In this document: one piece after another, positions 47,156 through 56,791 of the stretch
Position numbering within the stretch: position 1 is the stretch's first letter
Layout: each line of letters opens with the position of its first letter
Assembly: GCA_964519305.1 (NCBI GenBank)
Contig: CAZFHY010000006.1
Span: 64,001 to 128,000 of the forward strand
Direction: 5' to 3'
Source: Candidatus Undinarchaeota archaeon
Lineage (GTDB): Archaea > SpSt-1190 > JASMDC01
Length of the DNA: 64,000 nucleotides
Notes under the pieces: generated by a model
Database searches by the model: none
Seen by the model: only the letters and a program-made list of their open reading frames with translations
What the model was told of the DNA's origin: nothing
Translations under genes and position numbers: made by a program

Positions 47156-48154
47156 TCATGTTCCCAACCTCCCTTTTTCTTTTTTAGTTCCCCAGGGTGT
47201 GGATTCGGTCCACACCCTGCGGAACTCTTTTGTGAAGCTCGCACCCAACCGTCCGTTTCGGATAACGAGAATGTTCTCGTCGTTCCCCATTAGCCCGCTC
47301 TTGGTCGGATTCGCAGAGCCGGTCACTACAGTCTCACCATCGACGATGAAGGTCTTATGGTGCATCATACCCTTGTTCCCGTCCGCCCTGACATCAGCAC
47401 CTGCAGCCAGGACAGCAGAGCACCGTTCCCAGCGTCTGGCCTGGACGCGTTCGCATACTCCTGATACCGAGACCCCCCGATGGACGGCTCGGGACAACGC
47501 CTCGGCCACAGCACCATCGGTGAAGGAGAATGCAAGGAACTGGACCTCCCGCTCCGCACCGTCTATCGCATCGACGATTACCTCACGGCAGCCATCGTCG
47601 GGGCAGAACGCGACCTGGAGGGAGGTCCCGCCCAGCTCCATAACAGGGGATGACGTGGACCCTCCGGTAGAGAACACACCCGCCCATAGCTCTTCGAACT
47701 CAGCTGTATAGGCGGCCGACAGAAGTCGGGAGCGTACTTGGAGGAGAACGTTATCGTTCCGCGCTGCGCCCCTTCCTGTCGGATTGAATGACCCGGTCAC
47801 GACAAGCTGGTCATCGATGATGCAGAACTTGTTGTGCATCAGGGCACGCTCGGCATGTCCCCGTCGGACTGGGATCCCCGCCGGTACATCACCCCCGTGG
47901 ACTACAACACGCGCGCGGGTCCGTCTTAGGGCGGCGATCACAGCCGGATGATCCACATCATAGAATGCACAGCTCACAGAGCTATGTGCTGAGAGGATCG
48001 CTGCGGCCAGTAACTCCCCGCAAGGTTCATGCGGACAGAAGTGCACAAGGGGTATGGGGGCAGCCTCGTACGGGATGCTGTCGACCTGCCAGCGAGCGGC
48101 CACAGCAGCACATGTCACAAGGACGATAATCGATAGAAGAGGCCTCAGTCGCAT
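47156..48154 (-). CDS. Phospholipase D-family protein with two HKD motifs, exported
   Basis: Signal peptide from ATG 48154; MHNKFCIID...TGSFN and MHHKTFIVD...TGSAN. Confidence 0.9.
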   Translation of the reverse strand: MRLRPLLSIIVLVTCAAVAARWQVDSIPYEAAPIPLVHFCPHEPCGELLAAAILSAHSSVSCAFYDVDHPAVIAALRRTRARVVVHGGDVPAGIPVRRGHAERALMHNKFCIIDDQLVVTGSFNPTGRGAARNDNVLLQVRSRLLSAAYTAEFEELWAGVFSTGGSTSSPVMELGGTSLQVAFCPDDGCREVIVDAIDGAEREVQFLAFSFTDGAVAEALSRAVHRGVSVSGVCERVQARRWERCSAVLAAGADVRADGNKGMMHHKTFIVDGETVVTGSANPTKSGLMGNDENILVIRNGRLGASFTKEFRRVWTESTPWGTKKEKGRLGT

Positions 48155-48209
48155 GAAAAGAAGAGCGGCCTGACAAACCTTTTTAAACCTGCGACGGGAA
48201 CGTTCCACT

Positions 48210-49733
48210 ATGCCTGAGTCCCTGGCGCCATATGTAGCACAGCTGCTACGCCAGGGGTATACGAAAGACCAGGTGCATGACACCCTCAGGGAGCAGGGAT
48301 GGGAGGATAAGGCCATCAGCGAGGCTCTAGAGCAGGCGACAGTGCTCGCTGAACAACCCGAACCGCGGCTCGCCCCCTTTCCCAAACCCATGGTCCCGCC
48401 GGCGGTAGTGGCCGGGGTCTTGGGAATAATCGTAGTGATCGTGTTCGCGTCCATGTTCATGGGCGGCTCGGAGCCAACGCCGGTGGAGCCCACGCCCACA
48501 CCACGCGCTACACCTGAGCCCACCCCTGAGCCCACGGTCGCACCTACAGCCACGCCGAAACCGGAACCGAAGGGATTGGGCGTCGACCTGGTCGGAGTGA
48601 CGGTGCGTTCCAAGGACGAGACCCAGTTCCTCCACCGCGACTTCACTGTTGACGCGATCAAGCTCGTGTACGATGTCCTATCTGCGCCGAGCGCGCAGGA
48701 GCGTTACGAGTCGATCCAGAAATTCGTGGGATATTGTAAGAACAGGACCTTCCCTAATCCCGAGCTCGACCGTGAGCTCGAGGAAATGGACAAGGACATG
48801 GAGAACTACAAGTTCTACTTGGAGACCAACAACATACCCAAGGCCACAGAGGTCCTGGAAAACGATATTTTCGGACGATTCAGCGCGAAGCGTGTCGAGG
48901 GACCATTACCCGTCACCGTCTCGCTGAGCTACGGGACCGGTCTTGTCCTCAACCTGACCTCCACGACCCAGCTCATTGGTTTGAACACGCTCTGGGAGAC
49001 ATCCCATCTCATCCAACCGAACATCCCTGATGACGTGTGGACCGGGGTGTGGGACGAGGCGTGGACGAACACGTTCCCCGCGGGTGCTGAGCGCTCATCC
49101 TTCACCGTGGACATGCTCTATCTTGACCAGACCACGCTCGAAGTGACCCCGCCGCGGTCGGCGGCGTTCAAGTATTACGGGAAGAGCGGCCTGCGATCGC
49201 TACAGGGGGATGGCTACACGATTCCGAGCTTCGAGGCCGTGCTGATCTACCAGATCGGAGGCGAGGTGTGCACCCAGACCGAGCGGACATGGTCCGGCGG
49301 GAATGTCGGACAGTGGGTTTGCCCCGAAAGGGTGAAGGAGGGTGAGTTCTTCGTCAAGAAGAACGTGACCTTTTCGTTCCTGGACCTCTCGCCAGTGCAG
49401 GGGAACCTTACGGCCGTCTATCGTACCGAGCTCAAGGCGAGCATCAGTGGCAATCCCATCGACCTCACTTTCCTGTTCCTTGAAGGGAAGGAGCCATTCT
49501 CCAAATCATCGGCCTCCGCCCTCCTCAAGGACCTGAAGCTCAATATCTATACTGCAGAGACCGAAGGGACGGCAAAATGTCCCGTCCACGTCGTCGACGC
49601 TTACACAAATGCACCGGTCAGCTATGTAGCGGCCGTTGCTGTGGGCGAGTACATGATGGTTATGTACGCCGACGACAAGCCCAATCCAGCCTACTTCCGC
49701 AGTCTGGCCGATGCACTGTGCACAAAGGTCTAG
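48210..49733 (+). CDS. Membrane-anchored hypothetical protein with N-terminal three-helix module
   Basis: YVAQLLRQGYTKDQVHDTLREQGW; single TM; PTP linker; large extracellular domain. Confidence 0.7.
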   Translation: MPESLAPYVAQLLRQGYTKDQVHDTLREQGWEDKAISEALEQATVLAEQPEPRLAPFPKPMVPPAVVAGVLGIIVVIVFASMFMGGSEPTPVEPTPTPRATPEPTPEPTVAPTATPKPEPKGLGVDLVGVTVRSKDETQFLHRDFTVDAIKLVYDVLSAPSAQERYESIQKFVGYCKNRTFPNPELDRELEEMDKDMENYKFYLETNNIPKATEVLENDIFGRFSAKRVEGPLPVTVSLSYGTGLVLNLTSTTQLIGLNTLWETSHLIQPNIPDDVWTGVWDEAWTNTFPAGAERSSFTVDMLYLDQTTLEVTPPRSAAFKYYGKSGLRSLQGDGYTIPSFEAVLIYQIGGEVCTQTERTWSGGNVGQWVCPERVKEGEFFVKKNVTFSFLDLSPVQGNLTAVYRTELKASISGNPIDLTFLFLEGKEPFSKSSASALLKDLKLNIYTAETEGTAKCPVHVVDAYTNAPVSYVAAVAVGEYMMVMYADDKPNPAYFRSLADALCTKV

Positions 49734-50530
49734 ACCGGTATCTGAGGGGACTCGACCAGTCGGTCGATGCCCATGCGCACCAGTTCATCATCACTGGGGA
49801 GAGCATCGTTCTTTGCGAACACGGCACATCCCTTGAGATAGAGGGGGACGCCCATGGTCGGATGGTCGAGGCGGAAGAGCGAGCCCTTACAGGATTGTGT
49901 GCAGGGGAACACTCCCCACTCCGGCCGTCCAGGGCGGGTGGAAGCGAGCCCAATCAAGCAGTACCTGCTGATGGTGACGAACACGTACGGGTGATGGAAC
50001 GAGCCGTGGAGAGGATTATCCCCCTCTCCCAGGCGAAGGGATACGCCTTGGAAGGGATTCTCCACTTCCACCCGGCGGACGCCACGTGAGGCCAGCAGGC
50101 TGCGGACCGCGGGTACGTCCATGTTGGTCGTGCGGAACCGTTCCCAGGCCTCGGGTGTGAGGGCTTCCTTTGCTTGCATGAGCCGCGGACCACGCTTCTG
50201 CTTGTGGATGATGCCGCCCACTACGGGTTCGAGCCGGCCTTCCTCAGCGATAATGTCGATAACGCCCCAATCGTTGGCGACGACCTCGGTGCCGTCAGGA
50301 AGTTCGGCAAGGAGGGATTTCAGCCGGTTAATGCCCTCCTGTGTGACGGGCGGTGTGACGAAGGTTACGGCCACATCGGCGTCATCTGCCCTCTTAAGAG
50401 CATCCGTGAGCTCAGTTCGTGTGGGCATGAGGCGCTGACAATACCCGTTCCCCAGGTAGAGCCGGTCATGCCCGGTCCAGTCGATCGTGTCCAACAACTC
50501 AACCCTGGAGACGATGATCGCACGCTCCAT
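49730..50530 (-). CDS. U32-family partner protein (UbiV-like)
   Basis: RLYLGNGYCQRLMP, VTFVTPPV, EVVANDWG, SRYC, PCTQSC; TGATG coupling to the upstream U32 gene. Confidence 0.75.
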   Translation of the reverse strand: MERAIIVSRVELLDTIDWTGHDRLYLGNGYCQRLMPTRTELTDALKRADDADVAVTFVTPPVTQEGINRLKSLLAELPDGTEVVANDWGVIDIIAEEGRLEPVVGGIIHKQKRGPRLMQAKEALTPEAWERFRTTNMDVPAVRSLLASRGVRRVEVENPFQGVSLRLGEGDNPLHGSFHHPYVFVTISRYCLIGLASTRPGRPEWGVFPCTQSCKGSLFRLDHPTMGVPLYLKGCAVFAKNDALPSDDELVRMGIDRLVESPQIPV

Positions 50531-51627
50531 CACCTCACCACCTCGGGCCAGTAGCATTCAGCGGCCGAGCAGTTCCAGCCATAAAGATCCCTGTACAGGG
50601 TCCGGCATCTTTCCATGTATGCAGTATTATCCTCCGAACCCTCGAGCTCCTCCAGTGCACGGCGCACGAGGATGATGTCGTCCACCTTCTTGCTCGTGGG
50701 ATGGATCCGACCCTGTATCTTTACGACGGTGACACCCGCGTCGCGCATCAAGCCCAGTCCGCAGATGCCGCATCCGCTACCGCCCCAGTTGGGTGCCCAT
50801 TGCAGGCCGAACCGTTCCTGAACGGCCACGGCCAGCTCATCGCTACCCTCCAGGGCTTCGACCTGGACCGCCGAGGAATTTAGACAGAGATGGCTGGAGG
50901 CGACCCGCGCGATCGGTCCAGCGTACTGGACGGTCTTCGGGATATGTCGCATGGCTCGTACCAGATGCGCCCGCATGCTTCCCAGACGAGGACTGAGGAG
51001 GGCGAACATCCCCCTGGTAGTGCTCTTGTGCCGGGCCTCAGTGAGACCGTGGAAGTACGTGCACAGCCCCTCCACATGGGGGCAACGGGCGTTGAGCACG
51101 AATCCCTCGAGGGTGATGTCGGGAGCCGCTTGGGCTATGTCGGCGATCTCCTTGATAGAGAGGTGATGGGGGAGGATCACACGTGAGGCGCCGAGACGTT
51201 GGTAGAACCGGGCGGCTTGGGCATTGAACACCGCGTTGATGGTGCTGACGTGGATGTCGATACCCACATCGTTGTCATGGAGGTGGGACATTAGGCCAAG
51301 ATCGGCAACAATGAGGGCGTCAGCCTCAGCAGCGATGGCCTCATCGACCTCCTCGATTAGATAGGTGAACTGGGCTGCGGAGTAGAAGTCCTGGTTATAG
51401 GCGACGTTCACGCGTACGCCGAGGTCATGGGCGATCGTCAGGGCCTTACGCAGTTCGTCATAGGATGGCATGGAAGAGCGAGTGTACATCTCGCGGCTGA
51501 CACCCCCCATGTGGGTGTAGCGCTTGCGCCACCGGTCGGAGAGAACTGCACAGTACAGTTCAGTAGCTCCCGCACGGACGATGGGTTCCACCTCATCGGC
51601 CCGGTTGATGGGAGCGAGAATATCCAT
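50530..51627 (-). CDS. Peptidase U32-family (Fe-S hydroxylase-like) protein
   Basis: ILAP, AGATELY, DALIVADLG, IHVST, GASRVILP, RCPHVEGLC, CGICGL, VKIQGR. Confidence 0.88.
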   Translation of the reverse strand: MDILAPINRADEVEPIVRAGATELYCAVLSDRWRKRYTHMGGVSREMYTRSSMPSYDELRKALTIAHDLGVRVNVAYNQDFYSAAQFTYLIEEVDEAIAAEADALIVADLGLMSHLHDNDVGIDIHVSTINAVFNAQAARFYQRLGASRVILPHHLSIKEIADIAQAAPDITLEGFVLNARCPHVEGLCTYFHGLTEARHKSTTRGMFALLSPRLGSMRAHLVRAMRHIPKTVQYAGPIARVASSHLCLNSSAVQVEALEGSDELAVAVQERFGLQWAPNWGGSGCGICGLGLMRDAGVTVVKIQGRIHPTSKKVDDIILVRRALEELEGSEDNTAYMERCRTLYRDLYGWNCSAAECYWPEVVR

Positions 51628-51698
51628 CGCCAGCTACCCCAACGGACAGGTTTTTATGTGCTTCGACAGCGCCCCGCTGTGCACATCCAATAAAAACG

Positions 51699-53513
51699 AT
51701 GAACGTGCACCCCTTGATTGGAATGGAGCCCGTGCTCTCGGTAGATGATCACTTCGGTGTGCTGGAACGACTGGAGGCCATGGCCTTCGAGCCATCCGAG
51801 TGGCATGACCTCAACCTCGCTGCTCACGGGCTCTCGCTGACGGGTCAGTTCGAGCGTGCTGCCATCGTAGAGCGTGTCAAGCAGAAGATACGCATCCTCC
51901 CGCACCAGATCGAGACTGCGCTGCGTGTGCTCAACGACCTTGGCCATCGCGCGTTATTGGCCGATGAGGTAGGGCTGGGCAAGACCGTGGAAGCGGGTAT
52001 CGTGCTCAAGGAGTACCTGGTCCGTGGCCTTGTGGACCGCGTGCTCATCCTCACACCTGCTCCCTTGGTCCGTCAGTGGCAGGGAGAGCTTGAAGAGAAG
52101 TTCGGTGAAGGGTTCATCACCCCTCTTGACGATGGGTTCCGTGGGTTCGAGAAGGAGGACCGTCTCATCTGCTCCATGGACAGGGCCCGCCAGCCCAAGA
52201 ACGCACCCTTTGTCCAAGCCCGTCCATGGGACCTCCTTATTGTGGACGAGGCCCACCGGCTGCGCAACGTTGAGACGAAGCTCCACCAGTTCGTGGCCGG
52301 GATCGACGCTCGTTACCTGCTCATGCTAACCGCGACCCCCATCCAGAACAACCTCTTCGAGCTGTTCAACCTCATAGACCTCCTCAAACCGGGTCATCTG
52401 GGTACGCGGAACCAGTTCGGTGTCTATTTCGTAGGGGACCGTAAGGCTCAGACGCTCGAGAACGAGGGGGAGCTGCGCGAGCTTCTGGGCCAGGTCATGG
52501 TGCGCAACCGTCGCGCCGATGTAGGGCTCCAGCTCCCAGACCGCCATGTCCACGACATCATGCTTGATCCTTCTCCCCAGGAGGCCGAACTGTACCGTCG
52601 GGTCATCGGCTATATCGCTGACCAGTACGACGAGGCCGACGACGGTGGGGAGTTCGACGCCGCTGAGGCCCGTGGGACGACACGTGGTATCGACCTTCTG
52701 AGGCTCATGACGCTCGAGCGTGAGCTCGTGTCATCCAGTCAAGCTCTGGCCGCTACCCTGCGCAAGATAATCCCACGAGAGCCCGATCCCGAGAAGCGCG
52801 TGCTTCTGGACGAGCTGTACGAGCTTTGCCTGTCGGCCCGGGACAGCACCAAGGCCCGCAATCTCCTGGAGCTCGCTCAGCGCTTGGACACTTCCCTCAT
52901 CGTGTTCACGCAGTTCATCTCCACCCAGGAGCATCTGCGGGAACGTCTGGATGCCGCAGGCCTGTCGCCCGTGGTGTTCAACGGCAGCATGTCACCCTCC
53001 GAAAAGGAGTTCGCTATCCAGGGTTTCAAGGAGCGGGGCGGTGTGCTCCTGTGCACTGACTCGGGGAGCGAGGGCCGGAACCTCCAGTTCGCCAACGTGC
53101 TGGTGAACTACGACCTTCCCTGGAATCCCATGCGCCTGGAGCAGCGTATCGGCCGGATCCACCGCATCGGCCAAGAGCGGGACGTCCACGTGTTCAACCT
53201 AACGCTCGCGGGCACGATCGAGGACCACATACTCACGACGCTCTATCGCAAGATCGACCTCGTCACCGCGGCTGTGGGCGATATGGACCTGATCCTTTCC
53301 AAGCTGCCCGATGGCGTATCCTTCGAGCGCCGACTGTTCGAGCTGTCGTTGCGCATCAAGGACAAGCGTTCCTTCGACGATGGGATGAAAGAGTTCGCCG
53401 ATGAGATGGCGGAGGCCAAGGAGCTGGCAGCCAAGGTGCATCAGCTGGATGCCCGTGTGCTCGAGCGCTTCGACCTATCGTCACTGGAGAATGCGGGGGT
53501 GCGAATCGAGTGA
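51699..53513 (+). CDS. SNF2-family helicase/ATPase (YqhH-like)
   Basis: LLADEVGLGKT, VDEAH, LTATPIQN, EGRNLQF, NYDLPWNPMRLEQRIGRIHRIGQ. Confidence 0.93.
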   Translation: MNVHPLIGMEPVLSVDDHFGVLERLEAMAFEPSEWHDLNLAAHGLSLTGQFERAAIVERVKQKIRILPHQIETALRVLNDLGHRALLADEVGLGKTVEAGIVLKEYLVRGLVDRVLILTPAPLVRQWQGELEEKFGEGFITPLDDGFRGFEKEDRLICSMDRARQPKNAPFVQARPWDLLIVDEAHRLRNVETKLHQFVAGIDARYLLMLTATPIQNNLFELFNLIDLLKPGHLGTRNQFGVYFVGDRKAQTLENEGELRELLGQVMVRNRRADVGLQLPDRHVHDIMLDPSPQEAELYRRVIGYIADQYDEADDGGEFDAAEARGTTRGIDLLRLMTLERELVSSSQALAATLRKIIPREPDPEKRVLLDELYELCLSARDSTKARNLLELAQRLDTSLIVFTQFISTQEHLRERLDAAGLSPVVFNGSMSPSEKEFAIQGFKERGGVLLCTDSGSEGRNLQFANVLVNYDLPWNPMRLEQRIGRIHRIGQERDVHVFNLTLAGTIEDHILTTLYRKIDLVTAAVGDMDLILSKLPDGVSFERRLFELSLRIKDKRSFDDGMKEFADEMAEAKELAAKVHQLDARVLERFDLSSLENAGVRIE

Positions 53514-54592
53514 GCAACGATCTCGATAGCTTCCTTACTGCCTACAGGCGAGTGGCCGGACTCTCTCCCGGGGAGGCTGACAAGGATGTGGGAGTGGCCG
53601 ATGCCATCTCTGCTGCTAAGGGTAGAGGATTGGTGGCCGTTAAGAGGCTGGTCGAGCCTCCTGGCATGAGCAAAGATCCTTTCGGAGATGTGAAGCTAAC
53701 TCACTGTCGCACGGTCCATCGCTCGACCCGCCGGAGCAGCCGGAACTTCGCACTCTGCTTCTCTTTCCGGGTAGGGATCCGCACGGCCAGTCTTCGGGAA
53801 GCGGTGTACCATGTAGCAGTGGACATGGCCACGATGGAACCGCTGGCCGGGTTCACAGGCTTTGCCGGACTGCACTACGAGAACGTCGACTACCGTCCCC
53901 GTCTTTCACATGAGCTGATCCAGCGTGCTTTCGCAAGGGCGCAGGCGGAGCTCGGTCGTCGGATGCGTCCTATGCAGGAAGAAGAACTGGCGCGCTTGAC
54001 CGTCCAGCACCGGACCGCGGCTACCAGGGTGAAGGCCTACTTCCATCAGCTCCAGAAGGAGGTGCTCGAGGCAGAGCGCCGTGTCCAGCAGCGCATCGAT
54101 TCCACTAGTGCAATGATGGCCTCTGCCACCACGCGAGAACTGAAGGAGAAGCGTCAGAAACGGCTGGTCCAGCTCGAGGCCGAACTGGAGAAGGTGCGGG
54201 ACCGGAACGACTTCACACTCCTTGACTACCGGAAGCGCATGGAGGGCGAGCTCACGAAGGAGGAGGGCCGGTGCGGTCTGGACACCGACGTGACCATCAC
54301 CTCCGCCGTGGTCCTGGAGTACGACACATCGGTGGAAACCTACCTTCTCGTTGGCCGGCATGCACACGCAGAGCTGGAGCGTGCACGTTCGCCCTTCGCA
54401 AAGCCAGATACGCTACAGTGTGCCTGCTGTGGCCAAGAGGCGGTAACACTGGCACTCGATGCAGCAGGACATCTGGTATGCCCCTCCTGTGCCCGGGTCT
54501 GTACGTTGTGCGGTTCCGTGCGCAGTGAACTGTGCTCACAGGGCCGTCCCTCGAAGCTCCTTACCCAGCCCTGTACGCGATGCGGGCTGTGA
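53510..54592 (+). CDS. SNF2-associated protein (YqhG-like), coiled coil + C-terminal Zn finger
   Basis: GTGA overlap with the helicase; RVKAYF coiled coil; CACC...HLVCPSC..CTLCG. Confidence 0.6.
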   Translation: MSNDLDSFLTAYRRVAGLSPGEADKDVGVADAISAAKGRGLVAVKRLVEPPGMSKDPFGDVKLTHCRTVHRSTRRSSRNFALCFSFRVGIRTASLREAVYHVAVDMATMEPLAGFTGFAGLHYENVDYRPRLSHELIQRAFARAQAELGRRMRPMQEEELARLTVQHRTAATRVKAYFHQLQKEVLEAERRVQQRIDSTSAMMASATTRELKEKRQKRLVQLEAELEKVRDRNDFTLLDYRKRMEGELTKEEGRCGLDTDVTITSAVVLEYDTSVETYLLVGRHAHAELERARSPFAKPDTLQCACCGQEAVTLALDAAGHLVCPSCARVCTLCGSVRSELCSQGRPSKLLTQPCTRCGL

Positions 54593-54656
54593 GTGGGACC
54601 CGGTCAATCCCGCGGGTGGCGGTTTTAAATAACAACGGCCGTAACTCTGACCGTCC

Positions 54657-55328
54657 ATGGCCGAGCTGCGTGTCACATGCATCGTTCCCACCAGGAACGA
54701 AGAGCGGACCATCAGTGAGCTGCTAGAACGCATCAGTCCGCACTGTGACGAGATAGTAGTGGTCGACTCGAGCACTGACAGCACCCCTGAACGTGCGGCA
54801 AAGCATGCTCGCGTCGTACGGGAGGATCAACGAGGGAAGGGGATCGCGCTCCGCACGGGAGCGCGGGAGGCCACGGGCGATATCCTCGTGTTCCTCGATG
54901 CAGATGGTTCTCACATCCCTGAGGACATACCCGAGCTGGTCCTGCCTATCAAGGAAGGCCGTGCTGACATGGTAATCGCCTCACGTTCGCTTGGCGGGAG
55001 CGAGGAGCTCTCAGGCACTCTGAACCAGTGGTTCCGGGCTACTGCTAGCGGCGTCATAACCCTAATTATCAATTACCGCTTCGATTCGTGGATCACCGAT
55101 AGCCAGAACGGCTTCCGCGCCATCCGACGGGACGTGTTTCTCAAGCTCGGGACCACTGCCGTCATCTTCGACATCGAGACGGAGATGCTCATGAAGGCCC
55201 TTAAGCAAGGTCACACTGTGGACGAGGTGCCCAGTCGCGAGAAGCGACGACGGTACGGAAGTTCGGGCATCAACCTATGGTGGATGTGGTATCGGTACGC
55301 CTGGACCACCTTCCGCAACCTTGTATAA
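54657..55328 (+). CDS. GT2 glycosyltransferase
   Basis: IVPTRNEE, VVDSSTD, GKG, FLDADGSH, IASR, TDSQNGFRA. Confidence 0.92.
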   Translation: MAELRVTCIVPTRNEERTISELLERISPHCDEIVVVDSSTDSTPERAAKHARVVREDQRGKGIALRTGAREATGDILVFLDADGSHIPEDIPELVLPIKEGRADMVIASRSLGGSEELSGTLNQWFRATASGVITLIINYRFDSWITDSQNGFRAIRRDVFLKLGTTAVIFDIETEMLMKALKQGHTVDEVPSREKRRRYGSSGINLWWMWYRYAWTTFRNLV

Positions 55329-55361
55329 TCATGTCGCGAGTGTCATGCCGTGTCAGGGCAG

Positions 55362-55444
55362 GTTAATAACCCTTAATAACTTATATTCTGCCGAATTAGG
55401 CCGTAAAACGCGATTTCCGGCCGATTTAGAGAAACGTTTATATA
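55362..55444 (+). promoter_or_regulatory. Promoter module homologous to 40786-40870
   Basis: GTTAATAACCCTTAATAA...GAATTAG...GCGATTTC...GAAACGTTTATATA, collinear with the minus-strand copy. Confidence 0.6.
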
Positions 55445-55488
55445 GGGGCGGTGTTGCTCGGGTTCTCACACGAAAAGAGGCGAAGATT

Positions 55489-55923
55489 ATGTTCATGACT
55501 GAAGCCATGTACGACGTTGCGGCTGTTGACCTTGCAGGTCACAACTCAGCGTACGATGGCCGTCTCGTTATTCAGGGCTATGACCGCGCGGGTAACGACT
55601 TCGACTCTGGTCGATACATGGTCGATTTCGACCTTAGTGAGCGTATCGATGGCGAGTTCGACCTAATCGTCCACGGCATCGCTCAGGTTAAGAAGGACTT
55701 CGCTCACCCCAGCTCGCCCGCCTATGGTGGCGCGTGGCTCAAGTACTCCGATCACGACGATGTACACGTCTCCGAGGACACCCAAGAGACCGTCATCGAC
55801 ATCCGATCGGACCGCACCTACAAGATCCACCTCATCGACGAGCCTTCAGGCACCACCCAGGATTATCTCCTCACGAAGGAGGCCGGTGAACTGATCATCG
55901 AACCGGTGCTCGGCGATCTCTAG
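55489..55923 (+). CDS. Hypothetical acidic protein
   Basis: ATG 55489 after GAGG and TTTATATA; codon bias consistent with coding. Confidence 0.6.
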   Translation: MFMTEAMYDVAAVDLAGHNSAYDGRLVIQGYDRAGNDFDSGRYMVDFDLSERIDGEFDLIVHGIAQVKKDFAHPSSPAYGGAWLKYSDHDDVHVSEDTQETVIDIRSDRTYKIHLIDEPSGTTQDYLLTKEAGELIIEPVLGDL

Positions 55924-56014
55924 GGCACCAACGATCTCATAGCGTACTTACCCTATCTAGGTATAGCTATCCCAGTTCTCACTTGGATTGAGGAATGTTC
56001 TCGTGGCCGCGGGA

Positions 56015-56731
56015 TTATCCGATGGTCACGGTCAGCTCTTCTTGTTTGATGTGCCGATAGTTGCCGCCAGTGTCCGAGGTGCACTGAGCTGGCTCGCAGA
56101 ATGCGCATTCTTCACTCATGTAAAGGCACACATCGACGGCGAACGTCCTGGTTCCCACTGTTGTGTTGGCCGGGACCGTGAGCTTAATGTTGCTGAACCC
56201 GATCTTGTGACTCTTCGCCGCGATAGTGCGCTTGCCAGAGAACCAATCCTGTCCTGAGAATGTATCCTCCTCCTTCGGGTGCAGGTTGATACAGAAGCAT
56301 CGCGGGTCCAGATCGTCGTTCTTGACGGCCACATAGAGGGAGCGCGGGGTGGAGTTGGAGGCGGCGATTTCGAAAGAGGAGGTCTCTAATGCCATCAGTT
56401 CGCTCGACATCTTCAGTTTGTCCTCGAGGCGGTCCCGTCGCTCAGCATCAGCACGGGCTTCCGGATCTAGGTTCGCATCAGTCTCGAACTGGGCACCTGT
56501 GATCCACTTCATGAAGGGCGGTATGAGCACTGTGACCATGATGAGGAAGATGATGGCAATGAGCGTTTTGATGATGCGTGGCGGCATCTCCGTCTCATCG
56601 CCCGAGAGGGCCTTCGCCACCTCGGCGGAGCCGACACCCTTTTTGAGCAGCGCCCTGCGGATCTCGGGTTTTGTATGTCCACGCTCCTCGAGCGTACGGA
56701 TCCAATCCCGGAGCTCTTCCTGCGACGGCAT
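56015..56731 (-). CDS. Membrane-anchored protein with N-terminal three-helix module and Ig-like C-domain
   Basis: WIRTLEERGHTKPEIRRALLKKGV; single TM; YVAVKND...LTVPANTTVGTRTFAVDVC. Confidence 0.7.
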   Translation of the reverse strand: MPSQEELRDWIRTLEERGHTKPEIRRALLKKGVGSAEVAKALSGDETEMPPRIIKTLIAIIFLIMVTVLIPPFMKWITGAQFETDANLDPEARADAERRDRLEDKLKMSSELMALETSSFEIAASNSTPRSLYVAVKNDDLDPRCFCINLHPKEEDTFSGQDWFSGKRTIAAKSHKIGFSNIKLTVPANTTVGTRTFAVDVCLYMSEECAFCEPAQCTSDTGGNYRHIKQEELTVTIG

Positions 56732-56791
56732 CTACCGACTGATAAAGACCTCAAGATTAAAAAAATAGATGTTCGGTATCGGGGCAACCGC

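Noticed and set aside
48155-48661. N-terminal extensions in the ORF track (PLD to 48661, UEV protein to 59797, lipoprotein to 20036)
   Set aside because: They overlap neighbouring genes or the tRNA; downstream ATGs give signal peptides or fit promoter positions
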